DNA of 64,000 nt from an uncultured Bifidobacterium sp. Its GTDB lineage: Bacteria; Actinomycetota; Acidimicrobiia; Acidimicrobiales; Ilumatobacteraceae. Of the stretch, positions 58,241 to 64,000 are shown one piece after another. The DNA is taken from the NCBI GenBank assembly GCA_964513585.1, contig CAZENK010000002.1, positions 14,293-78,292 of the forward strand, written 5' to 3'. Position 1 is the stretch's first letter. The number at the start of each line of letters is the position of its first letter. A model generated the notes under the pieces. That model was not told the origin of the DNA. It made no database searches and saw only the letters and a program-made list of their open reading frames with translations. Made by a program: the position numbers and the translations under genes.

Positions 58241-58255
58241 CCTTGTGCCACAAGG
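58241..58255. promoter_or_regulatory. palindrome CCTTGTG-C-CACAAGG upstream of the topoisomerase gene
   Basis: Perfect 7-1-7 inverted repeat ending 57 nt before ATG 58313. Confidence 0.4.
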
Positions 58256-58312
58256 CTTCCGCAGGGGTCGACAGGGCAACCCTGAGACACGCATGGTTTA
58301 TGAACTGCCGCC

Positions 58313-60649
58313 ATGAAGAAAACGAACACAGCTCCCCGCCGCCCCCTCGTCATCGTCGAGTCGCCGAACAAGGTGAAGACGATCTCGAGGATCCTCGGTG
58401 ACGACTACAACGTGCAGGCCTCCTACGGGCACTTCGCCGACATCCCCGCAAAGAAGGACGCGATCGACGTGAAGAACGGGTACACCGCGACGTACTCACT
58501 GTCGACGAAGGGTGCACAGGTGATCGAGAACCTGCGTCGTGAGATGGAGTCGGCGAGCGAGGTCATTCTTGCGACCGACGACGACCGCGAGGGCGAGATG
58601 ATCGCGGCACTGCTGGTCGAGTTCCTGCAGCCCACGGTGCCGGTGTCACGAATCGCATTCCGTGCCATCACCAAGTTCGAGATCCTGCAGGCACTCGAGA
58701 ACCGTCGCCCCGTCAGCGAGTCGCTGGTCGAGGCGGCCCGTGCCCGTCGCTATCTCGACCATCTCTACGGGTTCGTGGTGTCACCCGTGCTCTGGAGCAA
58801 CGTGCGGCAGAACCTCGGCATCGGCCGTGTGAAGGGCCCCGCACTCCGTCTGCTGGTGGAACGTGAGGAGGCACGCCTTGCCTTCGTGAAGACCGACTAC
58901 TGCGGCATCGAGGTGGCCCTCGGCGACGGCATCGTCGCCGACCTTCGCGCACTGGACGACGTGCCGGTCGCAAAGTCGGGTGACATCGACGATGCGGGCG
59001 CCGTGACTGCGCCGGCCGAACTGCTCCTGACGCCGCTCGCCCGGCAGCTCGAGACCGCACTGGCCGGTGCCAGGGCCACTGTGGTCGAGGTGAAGCACAC
59101 GAAGTACACCCGCCGTGCACCGCGTCCGTACACCACGACCGATCTGTTGTCCGACATCGTGAACCGCACGTCGATGGGCGCCGGTGCCGCACAGGGCATC
59201 ATGAACCAGCTTCACGAGAAGGGCCTGATCTCGTACCCACGCACCGACAGCCCGGCACTGAGCCCGGTGACCACCGAGTCGGCCCGCCGGGAGGCGGTCG
59301 ACATGTTCGGCCCCGGCAGCGTGCCGGCGAAGCCCAACCGTTTCTTCCCGAAGCGCAAGACCGCACAGGAGGCACACGAGGCGATCCGCCCGTCGAAGAT
59401 GACCGACCGGCACCCGAAGGGTCTCACACCGCAGCAGGCGATGGTCTACGAAATGGTGTGGCGCCGCACGGTGGCCTCACAGATGATCGATGCGACCGGC
59501 ACGACCACCAGTGTCACGTTCGCGGTCCGCACCGAGGACCCGTCGCACGTCTGCACGTTCGTCGCATCGGGGACCACGATCTCCGAGCCGGGCCACATGC
59601 GCCTCACCCACCCCGACAACGAGTACCTGCCCACCCCGCTCGCACATCTTGCCGAGGGCGAGGACTTCACGGTGATGTCGGTCGAGGTGTCAGAGCACGC
59701 CACGAAGCCCCCGGCCCGGTACACCGTGCCCACACTGATCCGTGCGCTGGAGGATCTCGAGGTCGGCCGCCCCTCCACGTATGCGGCGATCATCGAGGAA
59801 CTGCGGCAGGAGTACGTGTGGTCGAAGCAGGGTGACAGGGCGCTGATCCCCACGCTGACTGCGGTGGCAGTGCACCGGTTCATGGCCGAGTGTTTCCCGG
59901 CCCTGGTCGACGATGCCTTCACACGTGAGATGGAGCTGCAGCTGAACGACATCGTCGACGGTTCGTTGACCCTCGCCGGCATGCTCGACCAGTTCCATTC
60001 ACGCGGCAGGGACGAATGGCCCGGGCTGGTGACTGCGATCGAGAACGTGAAGGCCACGTACAGGCCGGCCGACCACCATGTGCAGATGATCGGGTTGCAC
60101 CCCGGCACCGGTGAGCCGATCGTTCTGAAGCCGGGTCGTTCGTTCACCAAGAGGAAGAAGGCGACTGCCGCACGGGGCAAGCGACGGCCTGCATCGACCG
60201 GGTCTCCTTACGTGACCTGTGCCGGCCGGCATGCCGCAGTTCCCGACCAGACCGAACTCGCCGATCTCACGGTGGACTACGCGGTGCAGTTGCTCGACGC
60301 GCCGAAGGTGGGTCGCGTGCTCGGTGAGCACGACGGGGCTCAGGTCGAGGTGAAGTCCGGGCCGCACGGCCCGTACGTTCGGGTGGGGAAGCGCAACGTG
60401 TCGATCCCCGGTTCGCTCGATGCCGCGACCATCACGCTCGATGACGTGGTGGGCCTGCTCGCATACCCCATGGTGCTCGGTGAGCACGAGGGTGCCGAGG
60501 TCATGCTGAAGCACGGTCGGTACGGGTTCTACGTGGACAAGGACGGCGACACGCGGCCGTTGGGTGCCGACGTCGACCCGTCAGGTTTCACACTCGAGAG
60601 TGCCCTCGAGCTGCTGTCTCGCCCGAAAAAGGGCCGGGGCAAGCGGTAG
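58313..60649 (+). CDS. type IA DNA topoisomerase (topoisomerase I-like, atypical)
   Basis: Toprim motifs VIVESPNKVKTI and ATDDDREGE. Catalytic Tyr in GLISYPRTDS. Two C-terminal repeats (VLGEHDGAQVEVKSGPHGPYVRVGK and VLGEHEGAEVMLKHGRYGFYVDKDG) and a basic tail. 778 aa. Confidence 0.85.
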   Translation: MKKTNTAPRRPLVIVESPNKVKTISRILGDDYNVQASYGHFADIPAKKDAIDVKNGYTATYSLSTKGAQVIENLRREMESASEVILATDDDREGEMIAALLVEFLQPTVPVSRIAFRAITKFEILQALENRRPVSESLVEAARARRYLDHLYGFVVSPVLWSNVRQNLGIGRVKGPALRLLVEREEARLAFVKTDYCGIEVALGDGIVADLRALDDVPVAKSGDIDDAGAVTAPAELLLTPLARQLETALAGARATVVEVKHTKYTRRAPRPYTTTDLLSDIVNRTSMGAGAAQGIMNQLHEKGLISYPRTDSPALSPVTTESARREAVDMFGPGSVPAKPNRFFPKRKTAQEAHEAIRPSKMTDRHPKGLTPQQAMVYEMVWRRTVASQMIDATGTTTSVTFAVRTEDPSHVCTFVASGTTISEPGHMRLTHPDNEYLPTPLAHLAEGEDFTVMSVEVSEHATKPPARYTVPTLIRALEDLEVGRPSTYAAIIEELRQEYVWSKQGDRALIPTLTAVAVHRFMAECFPALVDDAFTREMELQLNDIVDGSLTLAGMLDQFHSRGRDEWPGLVTAIENVKATYRPADHHVQMIGLHPGTGEPIVLKPGRSFTKRKKATAARGKRRPASTGSPYVTCAGRHAAVPDQTELADLTVDYAVQLLDAPKVGRVLGEHDGAQVEVKSGPHGPYVRVGKRNVSIPGSLDAATITLDDVVGLLAYPMVLGEHEGAEVMLKHGRYGFYVDKDGDTRPLGADVDPSGFTLESALELLSRPKKGRGKR

Positions 60650-60659
60650 CGTCTCGCCC

Positions 60660-61292
60660 GTGGAACCACATCACACCCCCTCATCACGCGAGAGAATCAT
60701 CGCGGCCGCCAGAGTGGAAGTCGAGACCAAGGGCATCCTGGGTCTGCGCGTTCAGGACGTCGCGCAGAACGCCAAAGTCTCCGTGCCTCTCATCTACAAG
60801 TACTTCGTCGACCGCGACGGGCTGCTTGCCGAGGTGCTCGGGGAGATGTTCGAGGAGTTCGTTCTCGAACAGCTCGATGCGTCCGAGGCCTACATGAACG
60901 CGCTCGAGTCGCCCACGGTCGACGACCTGCTGGCAGTGCTCGCACTGCCGCAGCAGGACTTCCGCCGTCCGCGCCGCTGGCAGCGCATGCAGATCCTCGC
61001 CGCGTCGATGGAGATCCCGGCGCTGCGCACGCGCCTCAGCCTGGTGCAGAACATCCTGCACGAGCGCCTGGTTGCGTTCATGGACAACGCCGTGCGCCGC
61101 ATCACCGGTCGCGAACCTGCCATCTCGTGCGAGGCACTTGCGATGCTGGTGCAGAGCTACGGGTTCGGCTTCGTGCTGAACGACCTGCTCGAGGAGGGCG
61201 GCGGCGGGGTCACCGACGACCAGTTCGCCTCGCTCATGCGTCTCATGCTCAGCGGTTCGATGAACCTCGAGTCGGCTCGATCGGCGGAGTGA
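60660..61292 (+). CDS. TetR family transcriptional regulator
   Basis: HTH VQDVAQNAKVSVPLIYKYF. The GTG at 60660 lies 11 nt after the topoisomerase stop. Confidence 0.75.
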   Translation: MEPHHTPSSRERIIAAARVEVETKGILGLRVQDVAQNAKVSVPLIYKYFVDRDGLLAEVLGEMFEEFVLEQLDASEAYMNALESPTVDDLLAVLALPQQDFRRPRRWQRMQILAASMEIPALRTRLSLVQNILHERLVAFMDNAVRRITGREPAISCEALAMLVQSYGFGFVLNDLLEEGGGGVTDDQFASLMRLMLSGSMNLESARSAE

Positions 61293-61296
61293 CCCC

Positions 61297-61785
61297 ATGG
61301 AAGTGGAGATGATCGTCGAGATCCCGCAGGGGTCACGCAACAAGTACGAGATGGACCACGAGACGGGGGCCATCTGGCTCGACCGCACGCTGTTCACCGC
61401 CACGCAGTACCCGCTCGACTACGGGTTCTTCCCCGGCACCCACGGTGAGGACGGCGACCCGTTGGATGCGCTCGTGTGGCTGAGCCAGCCCACGTTCCCC
61501 GGCTGCCATGTGTGGGTGCGCCCGGTCGCCGTGTTCTGGATGACCGACGAGAAGGGGCCCGACGCCAAGGTGCTGTGCGTGTCGTCGCACGACCCGCGCT
61601 TCGCCCAGTACGTCGACATCAACGACCTGCCCGAGCACCTGCTCGACGAGGTCGGGAACTTCTTCGAGGTCTACAAGCTGCTCGAGCCCAACAAGGACAC
61701 GACCGTCAAGGGTTGGGAAGGCCGTGCGGCCGCCGAAAAGGAGATTGCCGAGGCGATCGAGCGCTACAAGAGCCTCGGCCACTGA
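61297..61785 (+). CDS. ppa: inorganic pyrophosphatase (family I)
   Basis: VEIPQGSRNKYE, YPLDYGFFP, DGDPLDALV. 162 aa. Confidence 0.92.
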   Translation: MEVEMIVEIPQGSRNKYEMDHETGAIWLDRTLFTATQYPLDYGFFPGTHGEDGDPLDALVWLSQPTFPGCHVWVRPVAVFWMTDEKGPDAKVLCVSSHDPRFAQYVDINDLPEHLLDEVGNFFEVYKLLEPNKDTTVKGWEGRAAAEKEIAEAIERYKSLGH

Positions 61786-61788
61786 GGT

Positions 61789-63669
61789 TCATCGCACCCG
61801 CAGCATGCGGTGCGGTGACACTGCACTCATTCCTGCGGTGTTCGCCGCGCGCACCCGCACGGCGTACGTGCCCCTCTTCAGGCCGAACACCCTCACGCCG
61901 CCCGACGAGAACGTGATGACCTTCGCCACCGCCCTGCGGTTGCGGTAGAAGATGACCTCGTACGACGACGCCACTGCGTTCGTTGCCGGGTTCCACAGCA
62001 CCACCACGTTCGAGCCCATCTGCACGGCGGTCAGGTTCGTGGGTGTCTGCGGAGCCACGTCGGTCACCGTCGACGACTGCGATTTGGTGAACGTGCCCGT
62101 GTTCTTCAGCGGGATGATCGCGTTCGACCGCGGGGAGAAGGGCCCGACACCCACGCCGTTCATCGCGGCAACGGTGAAGTAGTGCGATGATCCTGCACGC
62201 AGGTTCGTGATCGTGTGGGAGGTGTCGGCATCGACAACCACCTGTGTCAACAGCTTGCCCGACCTGAACACCCGCACCACATGGCCGGTGATCGGGCTGC
62301 CGCCGTTGAGTGCGGGTGACCACTCGAGCCACGACGACGACGCGCCTGCAAGCGCCACCGGTGTGCCCGTGACGCCCGGAACCGACGGCGCCGACTCTGT
62401 GCCCGTGCCGGGCGGCAGCGTGGTCGAGCCCGGGACCGTGGTGCTGGTGCCGCTGCCGGTCGGCACCGTGTTCGGGTTCACGTATGCGAGTTTGTTGGGC
62501 GACAGCGTGCCCGGTGAGCCGACAACGTTGTTGGTGGTCGACGAGATGATCTCGGACATCACCGTTGCCGGTGATGCTGCCGGCACCGCCGACAGGTAGC
62601 GGGCTGCGATGCCTGCCACGTGCGGGCTGGCCATCGATGTTCCGGACAGCGTGTTGGTTGCGCTGTTCCCCGAGAACCAGGCGGACACGATCTCTGAACC
62701 GGGAGCGAACAGATCGAGACACGAGCCGAAGTTCGAGTACGACGCGCGCGCATCGGTGCGTGTTGTTGCGCCGACTGTCAACGCCGAGACCTTGTTGCTG
62801 GCGGGTGACATGGTGCATGCGTCGACGTTCGAGTTGCCCGCAGCGACCACCACCGTGATGCCGTCGGCGAACGCACGGTCGATGGCCGAGTTCAACGAAT
62901 CGCTCTTCGTGGAACCGAGGCTCAGGTTCATGACTGCCGGTGCGGTTGTGTGGTGGTTGATGGCCCAGTCGATGCCGGCGATCACGCCCGACACCGAGCC
63001 CGCGCCGGCGCAGTCGAGCACGCGTACCGACACGAGTGTCGCCGCAGGGGCCACACCCAGGGTCGAGCCGGCAATGGTGCCGGCGACGTGCGTGCCGTGG
63101 CCGTTGCAGTCGGTGCCCGTGCCGCCGAAGGCATCGAAGAACGAGGACGACACGCGGCCACCGAACTGTTGGTGGGATGCGAGGATCCCGGTGTCGACCA
63201 CATAGGCGGTCACACCTGCACCGTTGGTTGAGTACTCGTATCTGTTGTCGAGGGGGAGAGAGGTTTCATCGATTCGGTCGATGCCCCACGATCCGGGCGG
63301 CGACACCACGGTCTGCTTCTCGACACCCTTGTCCTCCTCGACCCACAGCACCTTGTTGCTCTTTCGCAGCAACGCAGCCTGTGCAGGGCTCATGTCGGCG
63401 ATCGCGCCGTTGAACACCTTGCTCAGCCGACGCTGTGTGATGCCCTTGCTCTTCTCGATCTCCTTGTCCTTGTCGGATTCGGTCACGTTGTCGGCGTAGC
63501 GGATGATGTAGCGCTTGTTGCCGAGGGAGGGTGCATTGCCGGGTGCAAACACTGGCGCGACAGCGGTGGTTGTCGTCGTGGTGGTTGCCGCAGTCGCGGT
63601 CACGGGAGCCGGGGCGATCAGCGCGATGCTGGTGGCGATCAAGACGGTGGTGAAGCGACCTCGGGACAT
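61789..63669 (-). CDS. secreted S8 serine peptidase with I9 propeptide and C-terminal FN3 domains
   Basis: AGGAGGG SD motif upstream. Signal peptide plus a Thr run. I9-like propeptide (KRYIIRY...LWVEED). WGIDRID. Catalytic triad in YVVDTGI, NGHGTHVAG and SGTSMASP. Two or three FN3-like units. Confidence 0.88.
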   Translation of the reverse strand: MSRGRFTTVLIATSIALIAPAPVTATAATTTTTTTAVAPVFAPGNAPSLGNKRYIIRYADNVTESDKDKEIEKSKGITQRRLSKVFNGAIADMSPAQAALLRKSNKVLWVEEDKGVEKQTVVSPPGSWGIDRIDETSLPLDNRYEYSTNGAGVTAYVVDTGILASHQQFGGRVSSSFFDAFGGTGTDCNGHGTHVAGTIAGSTLGVAPAATLVSVRVLDCAGAGSVSGVIAGIDWAINHHTTAPAVMNLSLGSTKSDSLNSAIDRAFADGITVVVAAGNSNVDACTMSPASNKVSALTVGATTRTDARASYSNFGSCLDLFAPGSEIVSAWFSGNSATNTLSGTSMASPHVAGIAARYLSAVPAASPATVMSEIISSTTNNVVGSPGTLSPNKLAYVNPNTVPTGSGTSTTVPGSTTLPPGTGTESAPSVPGVTGTPVALAGASSSWLEWSPALNGGSPITGHVVRVFRSGKLLTQVVVDADTSHTITNLRAGSSHYFTVAAMNGVGVGPFSPRSNAIIPLKNTGTFTKSQSSTVTDVAPQTPTNLTAVQMGSNVVVLWNPATNAVASSYEVIFYRNRRAVAKVITFSSGGVRVFGLKRGTYAVRVRAANTAGMSAVSPHRMLRVR

Positions 63670-63862
63670 GAATACCCTCCTGGGTAGTAATTCATTTCAC
63701 CGATGAAGATACTGATTGCTTCGCACCAGCGGCTGTCGGGGGCCCCGGAAGGACCATAAAGGTGCCGCAATGACTGCGGAAAGGCCCACCTCGCAAGGGA
63801 ACGAGACATTAACCCTCGTTGATATAACTCATAACATATTGGAGTACCGTTATCTTAGAACG

Positions 63863-64000
63863 GTGTTCCAAAAGACTTTTACGGAAAAAATTGTCCGTCG
63901 TTCCCGACTGGTAGCCGGGGCCTTTCTCGTCGGTGCGCTGACCGCAGTGGCCACCCCCGCTCTCGAGAAGCCCGCAGAGGCTGCCCGGACCCGGGCCTCG
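63863..64000 (+). CDS. 5' end of a probable secreted protein (partial, runs off the window)
   Basis: The frame is open from 63827 to the window end. GTG 63863 (or TTG 63839) gives ..KIVRRSRLVAGAFLVGALTAVATPALEKPAEA, which looks like a signal peptide. Confidence 0.35.
   Translation, partial: MFQKTFTEKIVRRSRLVAGAFLVGALTAVATPALEKPAEAARTRAS

Noticed and set aside
53713-63669. The inverted S8 peptidase genes as ends of a composite transposon
   Set aside because: There is no transposase, no terminal inverted repeats visible at DNA level, and the enclosed genes include core functions (ppa, trxA).
63670-63862. Known riboswitch (c-di-AMP/ydaO, c-di-GMP, guanidine) in the A/T-rich leader
   Set aside because: I could find none of the conserved core sequences I remember for these classes. 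Only generic small hairpins are present. The region is kept as a low-interest finding, not as an ncRNA feature.

Overview
This is a high-GC, densely coding chromosomal segment of Actinomycetota type. Hand counts give about 66-68% G+C inside genes. I call about 60 CDS. I found no rRNA or tRNA genes, no CRISPR array, and no transposase or integrase. Gene content from left to right: the 3' end of an ECF sigma factor, then CopC-CopD and a DUF305 protein (copper module); two Baeyer-Villiger/flavin monooxygenases with a crotonase and a D-aminoacylase-like amidohydrolase; a Cas4-like Fe-S nuclease and a DUF6569/ARPP-1-like gene on either side of an unusually long, poorly coding spacer; divergent ppk/ppx; alkyl-sulfatase, acyl-CoA dehydrogenase and an LLM (F420-type) oxidoreductase; trhO; an unknown lipoprotein; TauE; an SDR coupled to an orphan CoxL-like Mo subunit; NUDIX; kynurenine formamidase-like hydrolase plus kynureninase; livJHMGF; PadR plus modABC; pstC-pstA-pstB-pstS; an aldehyde dehydrogenase; Nei; a MacB-type ABC exporter; a peroxiredoxin; a carotenoid oxygenase; a TetR/MFS pair; folD; two S8 peptidases with FN3 domains; a secreted rhodanese; thioredoxin; a 7-bladed RCC1 protein; an atypical type IA topoisomerase; a second TetR; and ppa. 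Most of the window is ordinary core metabolism. The regulatory signals with the clearest sequence support are Streptomyces-type GTTCAC(C) 11-nt direct-repeat arrays (PHO-box-like) before pstC and pstS, twin palindromic operators at TetR/MFS, a perfect 7-5-7 palindrome at PadR/modA, and two strong intrinsic terminators. The candidates I rank highest for something undescribed are: (i) the 9.06-11.27 kb locus (nuclease, 522-nt spacer with phased repeats, DUF6569/ARPP-1-like protein); (ii) the 53.7-58.2 kb extracytoplasmic cluster, in which an S8 peptidase and an RCC1 protein share a basic two-Cys C-terminal module; (iii) a divergent type IA topoisomerase preceded by an alternating purine-pyrimidine tract and a 7-codon uORF; (iv) a PstS with an inserted domain of about 100 aa; and (v) a lipoprotein with a possible Cys-His-Asp triad. 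Every family assignment comes from motif recognition by eye. None was checked against a database.
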